Positions 39,106 through 48,485 are shown, counted from the first letter of the stretch. The stretch: 64,000 nucleotides of DNA from an uncultured virus (IMG/VR IMGVR_UViG_3300003860_000003) (IMGVR_UViG_3300003860_000003:1-64000); one strand, 5' to 3'. Notes: generated by a model not told the origin, from the letters alone. A program made the numbers and translations.

Positions 39106-40281
39106 ATGGAACAACAAATAGATTCGTCTAAAAACCAGTATCAACCAGCTCAGGAGATTATCGTTGATACTGAAGAACCCCCTCTTATCATCTCCGAAAA
39201 AACTCAATCTTTTAAAAATAGATTTTATTCAGATGTATCTGATACTAATTGGAATGATTGGCATTGGCAGATACGTAACAGTATAACTACATATGAAGAA
39301 TTGAGTCGTATATTTGGAGATTCAAATTATGAATTATCCAAGAATATAAATTTACCATTAAGAATTACTCCATATTATGCAAGTACAATCACTTCTCTTT
39401 CAGAAGGAATCGGAAAGTGCGTTATTCCAACCAATAACGAACTTCACGTAACTGAAAATGAGAAAAACGACTCGCTGAACGAAGAACATCAAAGTCCTGT
39501 GGAATGTATAGTTCATAGATATCCAGATCGTGTATTATTTCTAACCACGGACTTTTGTTCTTCAAATTGTCGATACTGTACAAGAAGTAGACTCATAAAT
39601 AGAGAACGAATTCCTAAGAAAGCGTGGGAAAAGGCGCTTCAGTATATTAGAGAACATACTGAGATACGAGATGTGTTATTATCTGGAGGAGATCCTTTAA
39701 CTATGAATGACGATAGTATAGAATATCTTCTTAAAGAAATTAAAGAAATAAAACACGTTGAGTTCTTAAGAATTGGAACTAAAGTTCCTGTTGTGTTACC
39801 TCAAAGAATTACGCCAGAGTTAACTAATATCTTAAAGAAATATCATCCTTTATTCATAAGTATTCATTTCTCTCATCCCGATGAAATAACTTCAGAAGTT
39901 AAACAAGCGTGTGAAAAGCTTGCGAATGCAGGAATTCCTTTAGGTTCTCAAACAGTATTACTCAAAGGCGTTAACGATGACCCACAAATTATGAAAAAGC
40001 TTATGAATAGTCTTCTTACAATTAGAGTTAGACCATATTATATATATGCATGCGATCTTGTTGCAGGTACAAGTCATTTTAGAACTACTATTAATAAAGG
40101 ACTTCAGATTATCTCAGCATTGAGAGGCTGGACGAGTGGTTACGCGTGTCCAACATTTATTGTAGATTCTCATTTAGGAAAAATTGAAGTCTGTGATAAC
40201 ATTATATCGCATAAAGATCATGTATATGAATTTAAAAGTTATACTGGAGAAATTTTAAGATATGAAGAAAATGTAGAATAA
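39106..40281 (+). CDS. kamA: KamA-family radical SAM lysine 2,3-aminomutase
   Basis: WNDWHWQ, LRITPYY, HRYPDRVL, CSSNCRYCTR, LSGGDPL, QTVLLKGVND, RPYY, HFRT, TSGYA. Confidence 0.92.
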   Translation: MEQQIDSSKNQYQPAQEIIVDTEEPPLIISEKTQSFKNRFYSDVSDTNWNDWHWQIRNSITTYEELSRIFGDSNYELSKNINLPLRITPYYASTITSLSEGIGKCVIPTNNELHVTENEKNDSLNEEHQSPVECIVHRYPDRVLFLTTDFCSSNCRYCTRSRLINRERIPKKAWEKALQYIREHTEIRDVLLSGGDPLTMNDDSIEYLLKEIKEIKHVEFLRIGTKVPVVLPQRITPELTNILKKYHPLFISIHFSHPDEITSEVKQACEKLANAGIPLGSQTVLLKGVNDDPQIMKKLMNSLLTIRVRPYYIYACDLVAGTSHFRTTINKGLQIISALRGWTSGYACPTFIVDSHLGKIEVCDNIISHKDHVYEFKSYTGEILRYEENVE

Positions 40282-41258
40282 TCTTTATTAGTAATTATTA
40301 AATAATTATACCCATTAAGAATAGTATATTTTTTCTTTGCTTCTATTTTTTCTTTATCTTTTTTTAAAAGATAAGAATTTTTTATTTCAACGATAAGATT
40401 TAAAGATGGAATGTAAAAATCTGGAAAATATAATCTGGATTCATTTTTATATTGATATTTTATTGTTGGGCCATTAACTATATCAGAATATACTGGGTAA
40501 AATTTTTCTAAAAAATCATATTCATAAGATGCTCTATAGTTTATAATAGTATTTTTATATTTTTTTGAATAACACGCGTTTTTTTGTTGTTTATCATGCA
40601 CTTCTTTATTCTGTGATGGATTTTTAACTCCATATTTATCTATACAAGTTTTTTCTATTTTATCTCTAACTTTTTTATTATTATTTGGATTTTCAACTCC
40701 ATATCTTTGCATACAAGTTTCTTTTATTTTATTTTTTACATCTATTCGTTGAAACGTATTTTTTACTCCGAAATTTTCTAAATTAGATATAATTATTTTT
40801 TCTTGAATTTTTAAAGACTGAAATGGATATTCTACTTCCAATTTTTTTAAATTATTTTGTTTTATTTCTTTTTGTATTTTTTCATTTTTCATAGGGCATT
40901 TATGCCCATATTTTTTTATCATCGTTTTATTTACTTTTTCTCTAATAGTTTTATCTTTAGTAGGAGAATTTACACCATATCTAAGTAATAAAGTTGCTTG
41001 AATTTTATGTGTTCTAAATTTTTTAGTGCAGTCAGATGAACAACAATTTTTATAACCTTTTCCTAATCCTATAAATGTTGTTTCTTTTTTACAAATTTTA
41101 CAAGTATTTTCATCATTTTCTTTTAGCCATTTATCATAATATGTTTTTTGAGAATAGTGATTAAGTCTTATATGTTTACTTAACCCATCGATTTTAACAA
41201 ATGTGCGTTGGCATTCTTCACATATAAATAAATTCTTTTCTTTTTTGAATTCTTTCAT
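40239..41258 (-). mobile_element. free-standing PD-(D/E)xK endonuclease with Zn finger and KYGV-type repeats
   Basis: C2H2 N-terminus, repeated (K/R)YGV.NP units, YFPDFYIP..NLIVEIK; antisense and overlapping the kamA 3' end. Confidence 0.82.
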
Positions 41259-41265
41259 TTTTTAT

Positions 41266-41276
41266 TTTATATATTC
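41266..41276 (-). promoter_or_regulatory. late-type promoter carried by the endonuclease element
   Basis: GAATATATAAA on minus strand just upstream of 41258. Confidence 0.6.
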
Positions 41277-41294
41277 ATGAAAAAATTTAGGTTT

Positions 41295-41426
41295 GTTCCT
41301 CAGTTTATTATTGATACTCCGGGTGGTAAAATACCTATGTTACCAGATTATTACGTTGGACGTGAAGGAAATTGTGTAAAATTAAAAAACTATGAAGGAC
41401 GTGAATTTATATATTATGAAGATTAA
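41295..41426 (+). pseudogene. orphaned original 3' end of kamA (43 aa)
   Basis: VPQFIIDTPGGKIPMLPDYYVGREGNCVKLKNYEGREFIYYED* resembles the canonical KamA C-terminus; no start codon at its 5' end. Confidence 0.9.
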
Positions 41427-41449
41427 ATATATAAATAAAAGTCTCTTTA

Positions 41450-42313
41450 ATGCGAGCACAATATATTAACGAAAAATTTATAGAAGAGTCGGATCCCATT
41501 CATGACTTAGGAATAGGAATTTATGCGAAACGTAGATTTAAAGATGAAGATGACGCTGCAGATTGGTTTTTTAAATATTTAACTGTTATTTTAGGTACAG
41601 ATAAAATCCCTGATGATATCATTTTTCCTGAAGATGAAAATACTGCATTTAATTGGAAATATTATAATATATTAGATGAATACGCTAAGAATTATACTAA
41701 AATGGAAAACAGACATACTGGTAATCCTTTTGCATATATTTATATGGGTGTAAGAAATAAATTATTAAAATTAGGATATCCTAAAAGACACCCAGATACA
41801 GGAAAACGTATAAAACCCCAAAAACATATAGATGAAAAATTTATTGAAAGTGATGATGCGATATATGATATGGGCATAGGATTAAAATCAAGATACAAAG
41901 ATTTAGTTAAATTATTTGGAAACGCTGATAAGAATCATTATATTTTTACAGTATATGTACGTAATGGATATATAGATTTCTGGTTTAATAATCCTAAAAT
42001 TAAAAACTTACCGAAAAATGAAATTGATAAGTTAGGTAAATATGTTAAAGATATTATTAATAACTTGGGATTTTCTTCCATTTTAATTAAACCGCGATTA
42101 ATTAGACATTATTTTAAAAAAGATGATGTAACATTACCACGAATAGTAAGATTTACTATAACGCCTACATTTAAAGACATAGTACCCCGCGCAAATTATA
42201 GAAGACAGCTTTCTAAACCTCCGTATTTTACAGATTATCATGAGTATGAATATGAACATGAAAAGAAATATAGACGTGAAATTAGAGCTATGGAAGGTGA
42301 TGATCAAAAATAA
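41450..42313 (+). CDS. two-module EKF..DPI.DMGIG-cassette protein
   Basis: cassettes at 41471-41518 and 41834-41881. Confidence 0.78.
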   Translation: MRAQYINEKFIEESDPIHDLGIGIYAKRRFKDEDDAADWFFKYLTVILGTDKIPDDIIFPEDENTAFNWKYYNILDEYAKNYTKMENRHTGNPFAYIYMGVRNKLLKLGYPKRHPDTGKRIKPQKHIDEKFIESDDAIYDMGIGLKSRYKDLVKLFGNADKNHYIFTVYVRNGYIDFWFNNPKIKNLPKNEIDKLGKYVKDIINNLGFSSILIKPRLIRHYFKKDDVTLPRIVRFTITPTFKDIVPRANYRRQLSKPPYFTDYHEYEYEHEKKYRREIRAMEGDDQK

Positions 42314-42321
42314 ATATTAAT

Positions 42322-42639
42322 ATGAAAAAACTTATTAAAGAATCTTTATATGAAAAATTTGAAGAACATTCAGATCCTATTAAAGATATGAAAATAGGTT
42401 TTAATAGAAATAGATATCTTACAGAAAAATTAAAAAGATATAATATAGAAGTTGATACTTATTATGAAGGATTTGCTTATTTAATACAAGAACTTTATAA
42501 TAGAGAAGGCGTAAATAACCTTGTAAATACAATTCTTGATAATACTCCTGCGGAATATCAAAAACAATTTATAGATGAATATGTTTATTCATTTCTTGAA
42601 GGAGAAGATTTAGAGATTTTACCAGAAGATGAAATTTAA
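42322..42639 (+). CDS. EKF..DPI.DMGIG-cassette protein
   Basis: MKKLIKESLYEKFEEHSDPIKDMKIG. Confidence 0.75.
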   Translation: MKKLIKESLYEKFEEHSDPIKDMKIGFNRNRYLTEKLKRYNIEVDTYYEGFAYLIQELYNREGVNNLVNTILDNTPAEYQKQFIDEYVYSFLEGEDLEILPEDEI

Positions 42640-42677
42640 TGAATATATATTAAAATAAACTAAAATAAATTAAAATT

Positions 42678-42926
42678 ATGGAAATTAAAGTAGAAGTTAA
42701 AGGCCCTCGTGGAATGATTCATGTAATTACGCACACCCTAGAAAGACAATTTCAAAATGTTACACAAGTTGATAAACCATTTGATAGATCAGATCCACGT
42801 AATAGACCAGATCCAAGAGAAAGCGAAGCAACAATTACAGTGAATGACCCCGCTGCTACTATTGAAAACGTTACTGAAGCATTAAGAAGATTTACTGACA
42901 GGGGAGTAGTTATATCTATAACCTAA
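42678..42926 (+). CDS. hypothetical protein
   Basis: preceded by GAATATATAT at 42641. Confidence 0.7.
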   Translation: MEIKVEVKGPRGMIHVITHTLERQFQNVTQVDKPFDRSDPRNRPDPRESEATITVNDPAATIENVTEALRRFTDRGVVISIT

Positions 42927-42953
42927 TTATGAATATATAAAATAAACTATAAT

Positions 42954-43361
42954 ATGAAAAAATTAGTATACGAAAGTCTTAATGAATTTATATCATCAGT
43001 AGCAAACGATAAAGATATATTTAAAGGACAAAAGAAAGTCGGTTTAACTGTTGAAGATGTTGATTCAAGAGAATTTCTTGTAGGAATGGAAGTTGAAAAA
43101 GAACACTCTTCTGATTTATCAGTAGTTGAAACAATTGTTCTTCAACATTTGTCTGAGAATGAAAAATATTATAGTGAAGGAATGAAAAAGGGTATTTTTG
43201 AAGAGCCTGCTGCTATAAATTTATATAAAAAATATTTTATTGATAAAGAAGAACCAGAAAAACCTAAATCTGCGAAAAAATCGCCTGAACCTGCTGCAGT
43301 ACCAGCAGAACCTGCAGCAGAAAAAGGCCCAGATTTAGGAGGTATGAATTTAGGAGGTTAA
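42954..43361 (+). CDS. DUF5661-like protein with capsid-targeting-like leader
   Basis: GMEVEKEH...HLSE...YY; MKKLVYESLNE leader; promoter motif at 42931-42941. Confidence 0.65.
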   Translation: MKKLVYESLNEFISSVANDKDIFKGQKKVGLTVEDVDSREFLVGMEVEKEHSSDLSVVETIVLQHLSENEKYYSEGMKKGIFEEPAAINLYKKYFIDKEEPEKPKSAKKSPEPAAVPAEPAAEKGPDLGGMNLGG

Positions 43362-43375
43362 AATTATTTTTAGAA

Positions 43376-43651
43376 ATGCCAATAAATCCGGAAAAAATAG
43401 AAAAAAAACTTTCCCCGTGGAGCAAGCTTATATCAAATGTTAAAGATGTAGTATATATCGTTTTATTTTTAGCATCAGTTATAGGTTGGATACGTTCTGA
43501 AACTGTTAAAAATACTAAGTTACAAGTTCAAGTAGAAACTTTAACAAAAGCAGTTAATGAAAATACCGATCAACTTGAAAAGGTTAATAGTGTTTTAACT
43601 GAACAACAATTATTGAATGGCAAGATTATACAATATATGCAAATGAAATGA
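43376..43651 (+). CDS. single-pass membrane protein with coiled coil
   Basis: VVYIVLFLASVIGWI followed by heptad-rich region. Confidence 0.65.
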   Translation: MPINPEKIEKKLSPWSKLISNVKDVVYIVLFLASVIGWIRSETVKNTKLQVQVETLTKAVNENTDQLEKVNSVLTEQQLLNGKIIQYMQMK

Positions 43652-44058
43652 AAAGAAAACTAATTACAATAGGATTATTATTTTTATTATACATGATTTT
43701 TGTATCATGTGGAGCTTGTATGTCAAGATCAAATCCGCCTAAAGAAATGTATAGTATAGATGAATATAGTGTTGATTCTACTATGCCAGTATTAAATATT
43801 TCAGAAGATACTATTACTATGTTAGTAATAACAACACCCGATGAAACTACATATGAAGATAAATCTTTAGATACAGAAGATGTACAACAAGAAGCTAAAA
43901 AAATAACAACTCAAAAGAAAATTGAACCCGTGGAAATTGATACATTAAGAAAAACTCAAAGAGCAATAAACTATAAACAATTAGAAAAAACTGAAGAAGT
44001 TCTTAAAGAACAACATAAAGAAATAGATTCTTTAATATTTGTAAAAAGTAAAAAATAG
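43648..44058 (+). CDS. putative lipoprotein
   Basis: basic N-terminus, hydrophobic stretch, FVSC/GAC lipobox-like Cys. Confidence 0.6.
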   Translation: MKRKLITIGLLFLLYMIFVSCGACMSRSNPPKEMYSIDEYSVDSTMPVLNISEDTITMLVITTPDETTYEDKSLDTEDVQQEAKKITTQKKIEPVEIDTLRKTQRAINYKQLEKTEEVLKEQHKEIDSLIFVKSKK

Positions 44059-44088
44059 TTGCATCCCCAAAGATAGAATCTTTGGCCT

Positions 44089-44119
44089 GACGCTCCTTAC
44101 GAGGGGCGTCTCTTTTTTT
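44089..44119 (+). terminator. intrinsic terminator
   Basis: GACGCTCCT-TACG-AGGGGCGTC then TCTTTTTTT; a second small hairpin lies just upstream. Confidence 0.85.
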
Positions 44120-44182
44120 AATAAATTAAAACTTTTAATCTCTTTAAAGGTATAATAATTAAACTATATTAAATATTTTAAC

Positions 44183-45394
44183 ATGCGTTACATAGCACAT
44201 ATACCTCTTGCTGGAGGTTTTGCTCTTGGAAATATGAATATAATAGGAAGCCCTCCTCTGGCAATTACATCCTATACTCCTTTTAAAGCTAATGACGATT
44301 TATTGAGAAGATATCTTTTGAAAAAAGGACACGATGTGCCTTATATTCAATTAGATAATATGAATGATAACGAAGTTCATAAACTACAAGAATTTTCTAA
44401 AAATCTTGATTTTGTCACAGCAGTTCCACCTTGTTCTGGATTATCTCAAGCTGCACAACGTCCTAAGGGTTCAAGAGGAACTGCAGAACCAAATGAATGG
44501 ATGTATAAATCAGCAGTCTTTATCTTAGATTTTTTAAGTCCAACTATTTATGCATTTGAAAATGCTCCGGGCCTTTATACAGGCAGTGGAGAAGATGTAA
44601 GAAATAATCTTATTAAAATTGCTGAAGCAAATGATTATGCAGTTACATTTTATAAAACAAATACGATAAAGCACGGAATTCCCCAATTTCGTCCTCGTAC
44701 ATTTGCAATATTTCTAAAAGGTAAATACGCTCCTATATTACATTCATATAATAGACCGATGCCAAATATTTCTAAATATTTAAAAGATATACCTAAAAGA
44801 GCAAGTTATCAAGATAAATATATGAATGAAGATTCAGATGTAAATGAATATGAAATAACAAAATTCTTTAAAAAAATATATGGAACTGATTGGAAAAATG
44901 AAATTTATAAAACATATAAAACTCATTTAACTTCATACGATTATCTTAAACGACAGGGATTATTATATGATTTTAAAGATTTTCTTGAAACTTTACCGAA
45001 CGCGTCTAATATAGTTAAAAAGAATACTGCTCATGTTATTAAAAAGACTGAGATGGGTAAAAATTTTAGACTTGGATATCGTGTTCTTGGATTAGATAGA
45101 GATTATGTGTACGCGGTGATATCTGAGATGATGAATAGAACACTTCATCCTTCAGAGGATAGACTTATTAATATAAGAGAATATATGCACCTGATGGGAT
45201 TACCTCATGATTATGAACTTGAAAGTATAAAGGAATATCCTAAAATAACTCAAAATGTTCCAGTTTGCACATGTGAGGATGTAACTCGAGAAATAGTTGA
45301 AATAATAAAAGGTAATCGTACATTATCTACTCAATCTGTTTATATGCAGGATAATACAAAAGAATTAAATAATAAATCAAAATCTTTATTCTAA
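44183..45394 (+). CDS. C5 cytosine DNA methyltransferase-like protein
   Basis: PLAGG (variant motif I), PPCSGLS (IV), FENAP (VI), PQFRPR (VIII), R...RE...LMGLP (IX), QNVP (X). Confidence 0.85.
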   Translation: MRYIAHIPLAGGFALGNMNIIGSPPLAITSYTPFKANDDLLRRYLLKKGHDVPYIQLDNMNDNEVHKLQEFSKNLDFVTAVPPCSGLSQAAQRPKGSRGTAEPNEWMYKSAVFILDFLSPTIYAFENAPGLYTGSGEDVRNNLIKIAEANDYAVTFYKTNTIKHGIPQFRPRTFAIFLKGKYAPILHSYNRPMPNISKYLKDIPKRASYQDKYMNEDSDVNEYEITKFFKKIYGTDWKNEIYKTYKTHLTSYDYLKRQGLLYDFKDFLETLPNASNIVKKNTAHVIKKTEMGKNFRLGYRVLGLDRDYVYAVISEMMNRTLHPSEDRLINIREYMHLMGLPHDYELESIKEYPKITQNVPVCTCEDVTREIVEIIKGNRTLSTQSVYMQDNTKELNNKSKSLF

Positions 45395-45807
45395 TGGGAT
45401 ATACAAGTATTGAACCGAGATTAAAAACTAATGCAATTGATGATAAAAAAGAACAATGGATGAAAAATTACGTAAGAGCAAGTTTATTAACTGAAGGAAT
45501 TTCAGGAAGTGTAGGACCTGTGGGTCAACCGGGAATGACAGGAATTCAAGGTCCTCCTGGAATGCCAGGAACTCATGCGTCATTTAGTCAACAAGGATAT
45601 ACTAATTTAGATAGTAGTACATATTCTACTTTAGTTAATTTAAAAAATGGAACATTAGATTCAAACTGTATTGAAGATGCTTTTCTTAAATTAGTTGATA
45701 AATATGGAATATATATGACTCACCCGCCTACAATAAATTCAGAAGAAACAGTTAATGAACCGTTAACTATATCAAGTGAAAAACTTTTACACTTGATGAA
45801 GTTATAA
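45394..45807 (+). CDS. hypothetical protein with short collagen-like stretch
   Basis: GISGSVGPVGQPGMTGIQGPPGMPG. Confidence 0.65.
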   Translation: MGYTSIEPRLKTNAIDDKKEQWMKNYVRASLLTEGISGSVGPVGQPGMTGIQGPPGMPGTHASFSQQGYTNLDSSTYSTLVNLKNGTLDSNCIEDAFLKLVDKYGIYMTHPPTINSEETVNEPLTISSEKLLHLMKL

Positions 45808-46068
45808 ATCTAATAAATGGAATGCGTACTGAATTAATAGATAAGGGACAAGCATATTGGAATACCCAAGATATAAGAACATATATTGATAAAAATGAAT
45901 TAATTGAAATACTTAAAAATTCATTATAATGGCTATACTTAAATCTGCATCTTTTGCAAGAGACACTGGATTAAAAGATAGATTTTCATGGTTATTATAC
46001 TTAAAGTCTAAACATACACTTAATTATTCTCAACAAAAAGAATTAGAAAAATTACTTAAAGAGAAAAA

Positions 46069-46110
46069 ATGAAATTAATAATTATTGAAGATGGAGATAG
46101 AGTTGAATAA
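46069..46110 (+). pseudogene. orphaned original 5' end of the dNMP kinase (MKLIIIEDGDRVE*)
   Basis: matches MKLIVIEGGDRLG at 47025; its ATG overlaps the TGA of the upstream small ORF. Confidence 0.85.
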
Positions 46111-46135
46111 AAATTATGAATATATAGAATAAAAC

Positions 46136-47056
46136 ATGATTTTAAGTGAAGTAATTAAATTAAAAAATTCTACAATAACTAATAAACAACGAATAATAAT
46201 TCAATGTGATGAATGTGATAATATATGGGATTCTTCTTTATTAAATCAACAACTAGGATTTCAGAAATATTATAAAGATTTATGCAGAAGCTGTAAGAAT
46301 AAACAGCAATATAAAGAAGGCATTCGAAATTCTAATAAATTAATTCAATATAATAAAAGTTTAAAAAATAAAACATTAGAAGAAATTTTAGGAATTGATG
46401 GTGCTATTATTGCTAAAGAAAAAAATTCTACAGCAAATAGTGGAAAAAATAATGCAAATTTTGGTGGTAAATATTCGCATGGATGGGCCTCATTAGATCA
46501 AAATGGAAAAACCATTGAACAAATCTGGGGTGAAGAAACAGGTAAACGATTACGACAACATTATAGTGAATCTCGTAAAGGCGATAAAAATAATATGTAT
46601 GGTAAGCCTTCTCCTCAGGGTTCAGGTAATGGTTGGAGTGGTTGGTATAAAGGGTGGTTTTTTAGATCTCTAAAAGAATTATCATATATGATATATGTTA
46701 TTGAAAGATTTAATTTAAAATGGGAAGGAGCTGAAAAAAAGAAATATAAAATTGAATATATTGACTATAACGGAAACAAAAGAACGTATTATCCAGATTT
46801 TTTAATTGAAGATAAATTTTTAATAGAAATTAAGCCTAAAAAATTATGGAATAGCGATACAGTTGCAAGAAAAAAAGAAGCCGCTGAGGTATTTTGTAAA
46901 CAACAAAATTTTAAATATAAATTAACTGAATGTGTAAAACAAGTATCTTTTGAAGAAATAAAAAATTTAATAGAAGATAAAAAATTAATATTTACAGAAA
47001 GATATAATAAAAAATTTATTAAATATGAAACTCATTGTGATCGAGGGGGGAGATAG
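46136..47056 (+). mobile_element. free-standing TnsA-like PD-(D/E)xK endonuclease with NUMOD3-like motifs
   Basis: CxxC pairs, NNMYGK, FRSLKE, TYYPDFLI...EIKP; promoter motif at 46118-46128; overlaps the kinase start. Confidence 0.85.
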
Positions 47057-47639
47057 ACTTGGTAAATCTACTCTTATTGAAGGTATTTGTAAAAAGTTTG
47101 ATTATAATAATATTACAATAAGACATTTTGGAAAACCTCCTAAAGGCATGACTGTTGAAGAAACTTTAGATTATCAATTTAAATGTTTTGATAATGAAAT
47201 TCAATTAGTTCATAAAATTAAAAATGTTTTTTGCTATTCTAGATATAATTATTATGAAGACATAATTATATGGAATAGATCACACTTAGGAGAATATGTA
47301 TATGGTCAAATGTTTAGAAACGTAGATGGTAATTTTTTGAAAAATAAATTAATGAACTGGGAAATTACTGAATTACCTTATGTTGACAATAAATTTGACA
47401 TATATCTTATTACTTTAACAGCAGATCCTTATTTCTTTTTACTTAAAGAAGATGGCGATTCTTTTTCACAAAATTTAGAACAAAAAACTAAAGAACTTGA
47501 ATTGTTTAAAGAAGCACATGATTTTTCAAAAATAAAAAATAAACTTATGTTAAAAGTAGATGAAGTAGTTGTTATGGAAGAAACTGCGTTTAGATCTAAA
47601 AAACAAATATTAAAAGAAGTAATACAATTTGTAAAATGA
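47025..47639 (+). CDS. deoxynucleoside monophosphate (thymidylate-type) kinase
   Basis: P-loop IEGGDRLGKST; NRSHLGEYVYG. Confidence 0.88.
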   Translation: MKLIVIEGGDRLGKSTLIEGICKKFDYNNITIRHFGKPPKGMTVEETLDYQFKCFDNEIQLVHKIKNVFCYSRYNYYEDIIIWNRSHLGEYVYGQMFRNVDGNFLKNKLMNWEITELPYVDNKFDIYLITLTADPYFFLLKEDGDSFSQNLEQKTKELELFKEAHDFSKIKNKLMLKVDEVVVMEETAFRSKKQILKEVIQFVK

Positions 47640-47962
47640 GAACAAGAAAAAAGGAGCCAACTCTTGATGATTTAATAGATGGTTGGTTAGTTCCTTATCA
47701 TAACACAACAATAGCTCAAGTAGAAAAAGAATGGGTGGGTGAAAAAGATTTTCGAGCATTTTATAAAAAATATGAAGTAACTCAAGCTCAACATGATGAA
47801 TGGTATGAATGGGCTGTAAATTTATTAGCAAAACACTTTGGATGGAGTAAAAAATTTACTCGTAAAATGTTTGCTTTTGAGTATCTTAATTGCTCGCCAT
47901 CTGTAAAACAAGATGAAACAAATAATACTTTAGAAAATGAGAAGAAAGTTGAAATTTTATAG
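47636..47962 (+). CDS. hypothetical protein
   Basis: ATGA-coupled ORF. Confidence 0.65.
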   Translation: MRTRKKEPTLDDLIDGWLVPYHNTTIAQVEKEWVGEKDFRAFYKKYEVTQAQHDEWYEWAVNLLAKHFGWSKKFTRKMFAFEYLNCSPSVKQDETNNTLENEKKVEIL

Positions 47963-48191
47963 ATATTGGTATGCGCCAATAGGATTTAAAGATTATCCCA
48001 CTTTTGAGTGGAATAAATGGCTTCCAAAATTTGATTACATGAAAAATGTTCAAGGATGGTGGCTTACAAGAACTTATACTTTATATTGGTTTATATGGGC
48101 GTTAACATATACAATTGTAATTCATAGTGATTATGATGTAGAAAGAAATGTAGCTCATGAAATGAATGTTAAAAAATATTTACACAAATAA
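47937..48191 (+). CDS. hypothetical aromatic-rich protein
   Basis: in-operon ORF. Confidence 0.55.
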   Translation: MRRKLKFYRYWYAPIGFKDYPTFEWNKWLPKFDYMKNVQGWWLTRTYTLYWFIWALTYTIVIHSDYDVERNVAHEMNVKKYLHK

Positions 48192-48194
48192 AAT

Positions 48195-48485
48195 ATGGCA
48201 CTAGAAAGAAAAGAACATAAGTTAGTTATCACTATTGATAATATTAGACCTGCTGATGCAATAGCATTAAAGAAAATGTTTAAATATATGGAACGCCTTG
48301 GAAATGCAGGAGCTTCAAGATTTTGTGCATTTTATGCTGATGGAGATGGATCTTTTCATCCTAAAGTTAGTTTTGATTATCCAATAGAACTTCCTGAAGT
48401 TCCAGAAGTTGATGGAGAAAAAGATGACGGATCATTTAAAATTGATAGTGATGATATTGCATGGATAGTTTATCATGATGAATAA
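48195..48485 (+). CDS. hypothetical phage protein
   Basis: LG..GASR....YADGDG.F motif. Confidence 0.7.
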   Translation: MALERKEHKLVITIDNIRPADAIALKKMFKYMERLGNAGASRFCAFYADGDGSFHPKVSFDYPIELPEVPEVDGEKDDGSFKIDSDDIAWIVYHDE

